Made by a program: the position numbers and the translations under genes. 32,000 bases of DNA from Nevskia sp. (GTDB lineage: Bacteria > Pseudomonadota > Gammaproteobacteria > Nevskiales > Nevskiaceae): assembly GCA_021732745.1 (NCBI GenBank), contig JAKFUK010000001.1:42931-74930 (forward strand), given 5' to 3'. Position 1 is the first letter of the stretch; every line of letters starts with the position of its first letter. The notes beneath the pieces are model-generated. The model saw only the letters and a program-made list of their open reading frames with translations. It made no database searches and was not told where the DNA came from. Below are positions 22,579 to 32,000 of the stretch, in pieces.

Positions 22579-23721
22579 ATGAGCGAAGAATCCGTCGCTG
22601 CCGTCCGTGAAGCCGCCGAGGGGCTCACCCGCGGCATCTCGCGCGAATACTGGTTGCAGTGCGCGAAGGAAAAGAAGTTTCCGCAGAAACTCTGGGACGC
22701 GATGGCCGAAACCGGCCTTCTCGGTCTGACCGTGCCCGAGGAATACGGCGGCAGCGGCGGCGGCCTGTCCGAACTGATGGTGCTCAACGAGGTCACTGCC
22801 CGCGCCGGCGTCATCTCGCTGTTCTTCGTGCTCGGCAGCTTCGCGCGCATGCCGATCATCAAGCACGGCACACCGGCGCAGATCAGAAAATTCGTCACGC
22901 CCACCGCCACCGGCGAGGGCAAGATGTGCTTCGGCGTGACCGAGCCCAATGCCGGCACCAACACCTTCCGCCTGCAGACCACGGCCGCAAGGAACAGCGG
23001 CGGCTGGCTGGTCAACGGCTCCAAGGTGTTCATCACCGGCGCGAAGGAATCGACGTCGATGCTGCTGATCGCGCGCACCTCGGCGTTCGATCCGGCCAAG
23101 CCGCGCGGCGGGCTGTCGCTGTTCATCCTGGATTCGCACACGCCGGGCATCGAGTACCAGCGCCTGAACATCGAGGTGCTCGGCGAAAGCCAGTACCTGG
23201 TGTTCTTCAAGGATGCGCAGCTGCCGCAGGACGCGCTGATCGGCGAAGAAGGCAAGGGCATGAAGTACCTGTTCGACGGCCTCAACACCGAGCGCCTCGC
23301 GCTGGCCTCGATGGCCGTGGGCCTGGGCAATCGCGCGCTGGACAAGGCGGTGGCGTACTCGAAGGAGCGCTCGCCTTTTGGCACGCCCATTGGCAGCTAC
23401 CAGGGCCTGCAGCACCCCATGGCACGCGCCAAGGCGCATCTCGAAGCCTCGCGCCTGATGATGCTGGAAGCCGCCCGCACCTTTGATCGTGGGGAGGACG
23501 CCGGCCCGCTGTCGAACATGGCCAAGCTGCTCACCTCGGAGGCCTGTGACGAGGCGGTGGACATTGCGCTGCAGGTCCATGGCGGCTACGGCTTCGACCA
23601 GGATTACGACGTGGTCACGCTGTGGCCCTTCGCCCGCCTGATGCGCGTGGCGCCGGTCAACAACGAGATGATCCTCAACTACATCGGCGAGCACGTGCTC
23701 GGCCTGCCGCGCTCGTACTGA
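22579..23721 (+). CDS. Acyl-CoA dehydrogenase family protein; paralog of 3254-4417, lacking the canonical catalytic Glu
   Basis: 380 aa. FGVTEPNAGTNTF and GSKVFITG are present. The C-terminus is RLMRVAPVNNEMILNYIGEHVLGLPRSY, with Pro where the YEGT-type Glu is expected. Confidence 0.85.
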   Translation: MSEESVAAVREAAEGLTRGISREYWLQCAKEKKFPQKLWDAMAETGLLGLTVPEEYGGSGGGLSELMVLNEVTARAGVISLFFVLGSFARMPIIKHGTPAQIRKFVTPTATGEGKMCFGVTEPNAGTNTFRLQTTAARNSGGWLVNGSKVFITGAKESTSMLLIARTSAFDPAKPRGGLSLFILDSHTPGIEYQRLNIEVLGESQYLVFFKDAQLPQDALIGEEGKGMKYLFDGLNTERLALASMAVGLGNRALDKAVAYSKERSPFGTPIGSYQGLQHPMARAKAHLEASRLMMLEAARTFDRGEDAGPLSNMAKLLTSEACDEAVDIALQVHGGYGFDQDYDVVTLWPFARLMRVAPVNNEMILNYIGEHVLGLPRSY

Positions 23722-23750
23722 ACCACCTGCTCACTCGAACGATCCCCGTC

Positions 23751-24224
23751 ATGGCCAATGATCTGTCCGTCACCGTCGCGCCCTATCTGTTCAGGGAACG
23801 CTGGAACGAAAGCCCGTTCATGCAGGCCCAGGGGCTGACGGCCGAGGAGATCGCGCCCGGCGAGGTGGCGATTCACCTGCGCTCGCCCACGCTGGCCCAG
23901 CGCGGCGCGGGCGGGCCGCCGGACGCCATCAACGGCGGGGTGATTTCCTACATGTTCGACGGCGCGCTGGGCTATGCCATCGTCTCGGCACAGATCCCGC
24001 GCCTGGAGGCTGCAGGCCTGTCCCGGGCTGCCTATTCGCAGGTCACGATGAATCTCGACATCACCTACCTCGCGGCCGCGCAGGGCGGGTCGTTCAGCGC
24101 CGTCGGCAGGGTGTTGCGCGTCGGCCGCAGCACCGCCTTTGCGCAGGGCGAACTGCTCAACGGACGTGGCGAGGTCTGCGCCACCGCCAAGGGCATCTGG
24201 CGCGTGTTCTGGCCGCTGCAGTGA
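23751..24224 (+). CDS. PaaI/hot-dog fold thioesterase family protein
   Basis: 157 aa counted from MANDLSV. NGGVISYMFDGALGYAI and the C-terminal GRVLRVGRSTAFAQGELLNGRGEVCATAKG are typical of PaaI/YigI-type hot-dog thioesterases. Confidence 0.7.
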   Translation: MANDLSVTVAPYLFRERWNESPFMQAQGLTAEEIAPGEVAIHLRSPTLAQRGAGGPPDAINGGVISYMFDGALGYAIVSAQIPRLEAAGLSRAAYSQVTMNLDITYLAAAQGGSFSAVGRVLRVGRSTAFAQGELLNGRGEVCATAKGIWRVFWPLQ

Positions 24225-24255
24225 GCCGCCCACTTCTTCTTAACCGAATCCGAAC

Positions 24256-26036
24256 ATGAAACCTGCTTCCCTACGCATCGGCTGCGCCTCCGGCTTCTGG
24301 GGCGACACCGAGTACGCCGCCGCCCAGCTGGTGACCAGAGGCAACATCGATGTGCTGGTCTTCGACTACCTGGCCGAAGTCACCATGTCCCTGCTGATCC
24401 GGGTCAAGGCCAAGGATCCCAACGCCGGTTTTGCGCCGGACTTCGTGACCACGCTCAAGCCGCTGCTCAAGGAGATCAAGGCGCGCGGCATCAAGGTGGT
24501 GAGCAATGCCGGCGGCGTCAATCCCGCCGCCTGCCGCGAAGCGCTGGCCAGGGCGGCACAGGCCGAGGGCGTGGAGCTGAAGATCGCCGCCGTGCTGGGC
24601 GATGACCTGCTGCCGCAGACGGAAAGCGCACGCGGTGAAGGCACGCGCGAGATGTTCTCCGGCCAGGCGATGCCGGCAAGGATCATGAGCGCCAATGCCT
24701 ATCTCGGTGCCTTCCCGATCGCCGCCGCGCTGGAAGCCGGCGCGGACATCGTCGTGACCGGCCGCTGTGTCGACAGCGCGGTGGTGCTCGGCCCATTGAT
24801 CCAGGCCTTCGGCTGGAAGCAGCACGACTACGATCAATTGGCCCAGGGCAGCCTGGCCGGCCACATCATCGAATGCGGCGCGCAGTGCACTGGCGGCAAC
24901 TACACCGACTGGCATCTGGTCAAGGGCTGGGACGACATGGGCTTCCCGATCGCCGACTGCTCGCCCGACGGCAGCTTCGTGATCGAAAAGCCCGCGGGCT
25001 CCGGCGGCCTGATCGTGCCGTCCACGGTGGGCGAGCAGATGGTCTACGAGATCGGCGATCCGCGCGCCTACCTGCTGCCCGACGTGAACTGCGACTTCAC
25101 CCAGGTGACGCTCGAACAGGTCGGCGAGCAGCGCGTGCGCGTCGCGGGTGCCAGGGGCAGCGCACCCACGCCACACTGCAAGGTCAGCGCGACCTATCTC
25201 GACGGCTTCCGCGCCACCGCCATGTTCATGATCGGCGGCATCGACGCCTCGACCAAGGGCACGCGCACCGCCGAGGCGCTGCTCGCGCGCTGCCGGCGTC
25301 TGTTCGCCGAGCGCAGCCTGGGAGACTTCAGCGAAACGAGCATCGAGGTCCTTGGTGCCGAAGCGACCTACGGCCCGCATGCGCGGGTGCAGCCGCGCGA
25401 GGTAATGGTGAAGATCGGCGCGCGTCACCCGAACAAGGATGCGCTGGACATCTTCTCCCGCGAGATGGCGCCGATGGCGCTGGCCACCTCCCCCGGCATC
25501 ACCGGCTTCCTCGGCGGCCGTCCCAAGGTGCAGCCGGTGGTGCGCCTGTTCTCCTACCTGTGGCCGAAATCGATGATCCCGGTGCGCCTGGAACTCGATG
25601 GCCAGGACCTGGCCTGCCCGCAGATGAGCGGCCTGCCTTTCGATCCCGCAAAGCTCCCCGACATCGGTGGACCGCTACCGGCAGCCGCGGCGTTCGCCGA
25701 TGGCACGCGCCTGGTGCCGCTGGTGCAGCTCGCCTACGGCCGCAGCGGCGACAAGGGCGACTCCGCGAACATCGGCATCCTCGCGCGCAAGGCCGACTAC
25801 CTGCCCTACATCCGCGCGGCGCTGACGGCTGATGCGGTCGCGAAATGGTTTGCCCACCGCGCCGAAGGGCCGGTGCATCGCTGGGACATGCCCGGTGTCC
25901 TGGGCCTGAATTTCCTGCTGGAAAAAGCGCTCGGCGGCGGCGGCATGGCCTCGATCCGCATTGATCCCCAGGGCAAGGCCTACGCGCAGATGCTGCTCGA
26001 CTTCCCCGTTCCCGTGCCTGCCGGGCTTGTGACCGA

Positions 26037-26040
<4 letters not shown>
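24256..26040 (+). CDS. DUF1446 / AtuA-like (acyclic terpene utilisation A family) protein
   Basis: 594 aa. The N-terminus is LRIGCASGFWGDTEYAAAQLVTRGNIDVLVFDYLAEVTMSLL, and the length of roughly 590 aa matches my recollection of AtuA-type proteins. Confidence 0.75.
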
Positions 26041-27518
<1,478 letters not shown>

Positions 27519-27528
27519 ACAATCGACC

Positions 27529-28035
27529 ATGAAAAAAATTCTAGCCATCGACGGCGAGCAGTACGCCTGCACGCTGACACGCACACCCGGCAGCCTGCGC
27601 CTGCAGGCCGGCGAACGCAGCTTCGACTGCGCGCTCGACGCGCTCGGCGACGGCCGCTACCGCGTGCGCGCCGGCGATGCGCGGCGCGAAGCGCTGATTG
27701 CCCAGCACGGTGATCAGGTCTGGATCCACCTGGATGGCCGCACGCACACGATCCAGCGCATAAACCCGCTCGACCTCCTCGCCGCCAGCGGCCGCGGCGG
27801 CGCGGACAGCGCCCTGTCGCCGATGCCCGGCACCATCCTCACCGTGCAGGTGAAGGTCGGCGAGACGGTGAAATCCGGCCAGGTCCTGCTCACCATGGAA
27901 AGCATGAAACTGGAAGTGACCATCACTGCGCCGCACGACGGCGAGATCGCCGAAGTGCTGTGCGCACCCGGACAGAGCGTGCCGGTCAAGGCCACCCTGG
28001 TGCGCTTCGCGGCAAAGGCGGAGGCCACCTCATGA
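27529..28035 (+). CDS. BT-like domain plus biotin carboxyl carrier (biotinyl/lipoyl) domain protein
   Basis: 168 aa. C-terminal biotinyl domain PMPGTILTVQVKVGETVKSGQVLLTMESMKLEVTITAPHDGEI, with the candidate biotinyl-Lys codon at 27907-27909. No obvious SD. The first codons are AT-rich (atgaaaaaaattcta). Confidence 0.8.
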   Translation: MKKILAIDGEQYACTLTRTPGSLRLQAGERSFDCALDALGDGRYRVRAGDARREALIAQHGDQVWIHLDGRTHTIQRINPLDLLAASGRGGADSALSPMPGTILTVQVKVGETVKSGQVLLTMESMKLEVTITAPHDGEIAEVLCAPGQSVPVKATLVRFAAKAEATS

Positions 28036-29630
28036 TGCAGCGTATCGAAACGCGGATATCGCCGGCCTCGACCGCGTTCCGCGCCAACAGCGTGGCGATG
28101 CAGCGCATCTGCGGCGACTTCAAGGCCCTGCAGGAACGCATCCGTCACGAGCGCCCGCAACGCGACATCGAACGCCTGCGGCGGCAGAAGAAACTGCTGG
28201 TGCGCGAGCGGCTGGAATTGCTGCTCGACCCAGGCACGCCGTTTCTCGAACTCTCCAGCATCGCGGCCTACGATCAATTCAACGGCGAGGCGCCGGGCGC
28301 GAACGTCATCGCCGGCATCGGCGTGGTCGGCGGCCGCGAGGTGATGATCCACGCCGACGATTCCAGCAACAAGGGCGGCGCCTGGTATCTCTTGTCGGCG
28401 CCGAAGATCGTGCGCGCGCTGGAAATCGCCATCGAGAACCGCCTGCCCGTCGTACACCTCTGCGACAGTGCGGGCGGCTATCTGGAAGACCTCTCCGGCG
28501 TGTATGTGATGGGCGGCCGCGTGTTCCGTCACCAGTGCATCCTGTCGAAGATGGGCATTCCGCAGGTCGCCGTGGTGCTCGGACACTGCACCGCCGGTGG
28601 CGCCTACGTGCCCGCCCTGTGCGAACACACGATCATGGTGCGCGGCACCGGCGCGGTGTTTCTCGGCGGCCCGCCGCTGGTGAAGGCCGCGACCGGCGAG
28701 GAAGTCACGGTCGATGCGCTCGGCGGTGCCGACATGCATACCTCGGTGTCCGGCGTGGCGGACTACCCGGTGGACAGCGAGGAAGAAGGCATCGCGCTGG
28801 CCCGCGCCATCGTCTCCAGCTTCTCGCAGCCGAAGAAGCACTTCGACTGGGTGGATGCCGAGGCGCCCTACTACGATCCGCGCGAGCTGTACGGCATCGT
28901 TCCGGTGGACTACAAGACCCAGTTCGACATGCGCGAGGTGATCGCGCGCATGGTCGATGCCAGCCGCTTCCAGGAATACCAGCCGAACTACGGCACGACC
29001 CTGGTCTGCGGATGGGCGCGGCTGTGGGGCTGCAAGGTGGGCCTGCTCGGCAACAACGGCGTGCTGTTCTCCGACAGCTCGCTCAAGGCCGCGCACTTCA
29101 TCCAGCTCTGCAACCAGATGGGCACGCCGATGATCTTCCTGCAGAACACCACCGGCTACATGATCGGGCGCGAGTACGAGGAGCGCGGCATCACCAAGGA
29201 CGGTGCCAAGATGCTGATGGCACAGGCCGGCTCCGAAGTGCCCAAGCTCACCGTCGTCACCAGCGGCGCGTTCGGCGCCGGCTACTACGGCATGTGCGGC
29301 CGCTCCTGGGACCCGCGCATGATCTTCTCCTGGCCGCAGGCCAAGATGGGCGTGATGGGGCCGGAGCAGGCCGGCAACACGCTGGCCGACGTCAAGCTGC
29401 GCCAGTTGCGCCGTGATCGTCCCGAGGCCGGCGACGAGGAAGTGGCCGAGCTGCGCAAGCGCACGCGCGAGAAATCCGAGCGTGAGACCAGCACCCTGTG
29501 GTTCTCCGCGCGCTGCCAGGACGACGGCGTGCTCGATCCGCTCGATACGCGCAACGCGCTCGGCATCGCGCTGTCCTGCGCGGCCAACGTGCCGCTCGCC
29601 GAGCAGCGCTATGGCGTGTTCCGGATGTGA
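28032..29630 (+). CDS. Acyl-CoA carboxylase carboxyltransferase (beta) subunit, methylcrotonyl-/geranyl-CoA carboxylase type
   Basis: 532 aa counted from MMQRIETR. ATGA overlap with the BCCP stop, and a GGAGG SD upstream. KLLVRERLELLLDPGTPFLELS, GGREVMIHADDSSNKGGAW, HCTAGGAYVPALC and FLGGPPLVKAATGE are present. Confidence 0.9.
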   Translation: MMQRIETRISPASTAFRANSVAMQRICGDFKALQERIRHERPQRDIERLRRQKKLLVRERLELLLDPGTPFLELSSIAAYDQFNGEAPGANVIAGIGVVGGREVMIHADDSSNKGGAWYLLSAPKIVRALEIAIENRLPVVHLCDSAGGYLEDLSGVYVMGGRVFRHQCILSKMGIPQVAVVLGHCTAGGAYVPALCEHTIMVRGTGAVFLGGPPLVKAATGEEVTVDALGGADMHTSVSGVADYPVDSEEEGIALARAIVSSFSQPKKHFDWVDAEAPYYDPRELYGIVPVDYKTQFDMREVIARMVDASRFQEYQPNYGTTLVCGWARLWGCKVGLLGNNGVLFSDSSLKAAHFIQLCNQMGTPMIFLQNTTGYMIGREYEERGITKDGAKMLMAQAGSEVPKLTVVTSGAFGAGYYGMCGRSWDPRMIFSWPQAKMGVMGPEQAGNTLADVKLRQLRRDRPEAGDEEVAELRKRTREKSERETSTLWFSARCQDDGVLDPLDTRNALGIALSCAANVPLAEQRYGVFRM

Positions 29631-29635
29631 TTGAC

Positions 29636-30799
29636 ATGAACGACACTGCCTCCAGTGAAGACGATGCGCTGATCGACGCCATCGAGCGCTTCCTCGCGGG
29701 CGAGGTGCGGCCGGTGGCCATCGCCCTCGAACAGGCCGACGAATATCCGAAGGCCATCGTCGAGCAGATGCGCGACATGGGCCTGTTCGGCGCCATCATT
29801 CCCGAGGCCTATGGCGGACTGGGGCTCAGCGCGCAGACCTACGCGCGCCTGATCGAGACGATCGCGGCCGAGTGGATGTCGCTGTCCGGCATCATCAACT
29901 CGCACCTGATCATGGCTTCGGCGGTGCTGCGTTTCGGCACGGAAGCTCAGAAGGAATATTTTCTGCCCCGCTTCGCCAGGGCCGAGCTGCGCGGCGGCAT
30001 CGCGCTGACCGAGCCGGACTGCGGCACCGACCTGCAGGCCATCCGCACCGTCGCCCGCCGCGAAGGCGAGCACTACCTCGTCAACGGCGCCAAGACCTGG
30101 ATCACCAACGGGCTGCACGGCAACTGCTTCGCGCTGCTGGTCAAGACCGACCCCAAGGCCGACCCGCGCCACCGCGGCATGAGCCTGTTCATTGCCGAAA
30201 AAGGCCCCGGCTTCTCGGTGCCGCGCAAGCTGCCGAAACTGGGCTACCGCGGCATCGACACCGTGGAGATGCTGTTCCAGGACTACCGCATTCCGGCCGA
30301 GCGCCTGGTCGGCGGCGTCGAGGGCCGCGGACTGCAGCAGATTCTCGGCGGCCTGGAACTGGGCCGCATCAACGTCGCCGCGCGCGGGGTCGGCGTCGCG
30401 CGCTCGGCTTACGAGGAGGCGCTGAGTTATTCGCAGCAGCGCAAGACCTTCGGCAAGCCGATCTGCGAGCACCAGGCGATCCAGCTCAAGCTGGCCGACA
30501 TGGCCACGCGCGTGCAGGCCGCCCGGCTGCTGGTGGACTCCGCCGCCCGCGCCTACGACGCCGGACGGCGCTGCGATCTGGAGGCGGGCATGGCCAAGCT
30601 GTTCGCCACCGAAGCCGCGATGGAAAACGCCGCCGAATCTCTGCGCATCCACGGCGCCTACGGCTATTCGCGCGAAGTGCGGGTGGAACGGCTGTACCGG
30701 GACGCGCCCCTGCTGGCGATCGGCGAAGGCACCAATGAAATGCAGCGCCTGATCATCGCGCGCCGCCTGCTCGACGCGGCGGCCCCTCGCCAGCAATAG
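29636..30799 (+). CDS. Acyl-CoA dehydrogenase (canonical; isovaleryl-/citronellyl-CoA dehydrogenase-like)
   Basis: 387 aa counted from MNDTASSEDD. IALTEPDCGTDL and GAKTWITNG are present. The catalytic Glu is retained in PLLAIGEGTNEMQRLIIAR. Confidence 0.9.
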   Translation: MNDTASSEDDALIDAIERFLAGEVRPVAIALEQADEYPKAIVEQMRDMGLFGAIIPEAYGGLGLSAQTYARLIETIAAEWMSLSGIINSHLIMASAVLRFGTEAQKEYFLPRFARAELRGGIALTEPDCGTDLQAIRTVARREGEHYLVNGAKTWITNGLHGNCFALLVKTDPKADPRHRGMSLFIAEKGPGFSVPRKLPKLGYRGIDTVEMLFQDYRIPAERLVGGVEGRGLQQILGGLELGRINVAARGVGVARSAYEEALSYSQQRKTFGKPICEHQAIQLKLADMATRVQAARLLVDSAARAYDAGRRCDLEAGMAKLFATEAAMENAAESLRIHGAYGYSREVRVERLYRDAPLLAIGEGTNEMQRLIIARRLLDAAAPRQQ

Positions 30800-30809
30800 A
30801 GGATCTTGT

Positions 30810-30844
30810 GAATTCCTCTACCGCGCTCGGCAGTAGAAGAATTC
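30810..30844. terminator. Stem-loop between convergent operons (12-bp stem, one mismatch); no U-tract
   Basis: GAATTCCTCTAC [cgcgctcggca] GTAGAAGAATTC. An alternative smaller hairpin, TAGAGGA-N10-TCCTCTA (30797-30820), includes the ACAD stop codon. Confidence 0.3.
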
Positions 30845-30870
30845 GGAACCTATCGGTACTGACCCAGTTC

Positions 30871-31191
30871 TCAGTGCTGACCCAGCGGCGTTCGGGCCAC
30901 GATGCCGTCGAGCGACTGGGAGAGCTTGATCTGGCAGCCCAGTCTCGACCCGGGTCCGACACACTCGGCGAGTTCCAGCAACGATTTTTCCATGTCCTCT
31001 GCCGGCACCAGCTTGTCCAGCCATTCGGGCTCGATGAACAGGTGGCAGGTGGCACATGCGCAGCAACCGCCACAATCACCGTCGATACCCGGTATCAGGT
31101 TGCCAACCGCTGCTTCCATCAGCGACGTACCGTCGGCGACTTCGACCGAGCGGACGGTGCCGTTGTGTTCGATAAACGTGACCTTGATCAT
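30871..31191 (-). CDS. [2Fe-2S] ferredoxin, putidaredoxin/adrenodoxin type
   Basis: 106 aa. MIKVTFIEHNGTVRSVEVADGTSLMEAAV, cluster motif CGGCCACATCH, and a distal Cys in RLGCQI. Directly downstream of the P450 on the same strand. Confidence 0.9.
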   Translation of the reverse strand: MIKVTFIEHNGTVRSVEVADGTSLMEAAVGNLIPGIDGDCGGCCACATCHLFIEPEWLDKLVPAEDMEKSLLELAECVGPGSRLGCQIKLSQSLDGIVARTPLGQH

Positions 31192-31213
31192 CTTTCATTC
31201 CTGTCTGGGAAGA

Positions 31214-31231
31214 CCCCGCGGCTACGCGGGG
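31214..31231 (-). other. Intercistronic GC hairpin between the P450 and ferredoxin genes
   Basis: CCCCGCG-gcta-CGCGGGG forms a perfect 7-bp stem. It lies 23 nt upstream of the ferredoxin ATG (31191) and 47 nt after the P450 stop. Confidence 0.3.
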
Positions 31232-31277
31232 CTTTCATGGCTGATGCGGTGCACTGAACGCCTCGCGAAGCGGGGGC

Positions 31278-32000
31278 TCAGGCGTCGATCCGCACCTGCA
31301 TCGATTCATAGCCTTTGATGAACGGCGAAGCCACGCGCTCGGGTGCTCCGATCACCTTGATCTGCCCGGGTTTCGGCCAACGCTTAAGGACTTCCTCCCA
31401 CAGGATGCGGATCTGCATTTCCGCCAACCGGTTGCCCACGCAGCGGTGAATGCCGAAACCGAACGACAGGTGCTGACGCGGCCGGGCACGATCAATGATG
31501 AAATTGTTGGGATTCTCGATGGCCTCTTCGTCGCGGTTGCCGGAGACGTACCACATCACCACCTTGTCGCCCTTGCGGATGTTCTTGCCGCCAAGCACGG
31601 TGTCTTCGGTCGCCGTCCGCCGCATGTGCGAAAGCGGCGTCTGCCAGCGCACGATCTCCGGAATCATCGACGCCACCAGCGCCGGGTTGGCGCACAGCTT
31701 TGCGTACTGCTCGGGATTTTCATTCAGCGCCAGCACGCCGCCGGTCATCGAACTGCGCGTGGTGTCGTTGCCACCGACGATCAGCAGCAGGACGTTGCCC
31801 AGAAACTCTTCGGGCGTCATGTTCCGGGTGCGCGCGTCATGCGCCATCATCGAAATCAGGTCGGACCGCGGCTCGGCGTTGACGCGCTCGTTCCAGAGCC
31901 GGGTCATGTACGCCGCGCACTCGCCCATGATCTGCATGCGGTGTTCTTCGGAGTCCACCAAGCCCTCGCCCGGCAGGGCCACGGTGGCATCAGACCAGTA
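31278..32000 (-). CDS. Cytochrome P450, CYP153-like alkane/terminal hydroxylase; the N-terminal part lies outside the window
   Basis: The frame is open to the window edge (..YWSDATVALPGEG..). I-helix LLLIVGGNDTTRSSMTGG, EIVRWQTP, and heme loop HLSFGFGIHRCVGNRLAEMQIRILWEE closely match my recollection of CYP153 signatures. Confidence 0.85.
   Translation of the reverse strand, partial: YWSDATVALPGEGLVDSEEHRMQIMGECAAYMTRLWNERVNAEPRSDLISMMAHDARTRNMTPEEFLGNVLLLIVGGNDTTRSSMTGGVLALNENPEQYAKLCANPALVASMIPEIVRWQTPLSHMRRTATEDTVLGGKNIRKGDKVVMWYVSGNRDEEAIENPNNFIIDRARPRQHLSFGFGIHRCVGNRLAEMQIRILWEEVLKRWPKPGQIKVIGAPERVASPFIKGYESMQVRIDA

Noticed and set aside
30859-30885. 9-bp direct repeat CTGACCCAG x2 (30859-30867 and 30877-30885) near the ferredoxin stop.
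   Set aside because: There are only two short copies and one lies inside the coding sequence. It has no spacer or array structure and is most likely chance or local duplication.

Overview
The window is GC-rich (sampled lines about 65-72% GC), densely coding and looks proteobacterial. I saw no rRNA, tRNA, CRISPR array or IS/transposase, and I could not run BLAST, HMM or RNA-folding searches. Every call rests on motifs read from the translations.

There are five blocks:

1. 1-8643 (+): an acyl-CoA ligase, two family III CoA-transferases, a frameshifted MaoC hydratase, an acyl-CoA dehydrogenase (ACAD), an MmgE/PrpD protein, a CitE-like acyl-CoA lyase and a crotonase. This gene set resembles itaconate / C5-dicarboxylate CoA-ester catabolism.

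2. 8675-12337 (-): a copper membrane monooxygenase operon in pmoC-pmoA-pmoB order, plus a fourth secreted, C-terminally anchored ORF. The known PmoB and PmoC metal ligands are conserved. A TetR gene is transcribed divergently (12730-13350).

3. 13404-18076: MaoC plus gcdH on the minus strand, and a DUF445 membrane protein plus a wax-ester synthase (WS/DGAT) on the plus strand.

4. 18260-30799 (+): an 11-gene, partly translationally coupled operon, which I consider the most novel-looking part. It encodes:
   - an HMG-CoA-synthase-like domain with its Glu/Cys/His triad replaced, fused to DUF35
   - a canonical SCP-x-type thiolase
   - a thiolase-like protein lacking all catalytic Cys/His
   - a DUF35 protein with a degenerate zinc ribbon
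   - an ACAD and a PaaI thioesterase
   - an AtuA-like DUF1446 protein
   - a biotin carboxylase split from its BT-BCCP part
   - a carboxyltransferase and a second ACAD

5. 30871-32000 (-): a CYP153-like P450 (partial) and a putidaredoxin-type ferredoxin.

Taken together this looks like a hydrocarbon-catabolic neighbourhood. It holds two unrelated alkane-hydroxylase systems next to an uncharacterised Atu-like branched acyl-CoA module.
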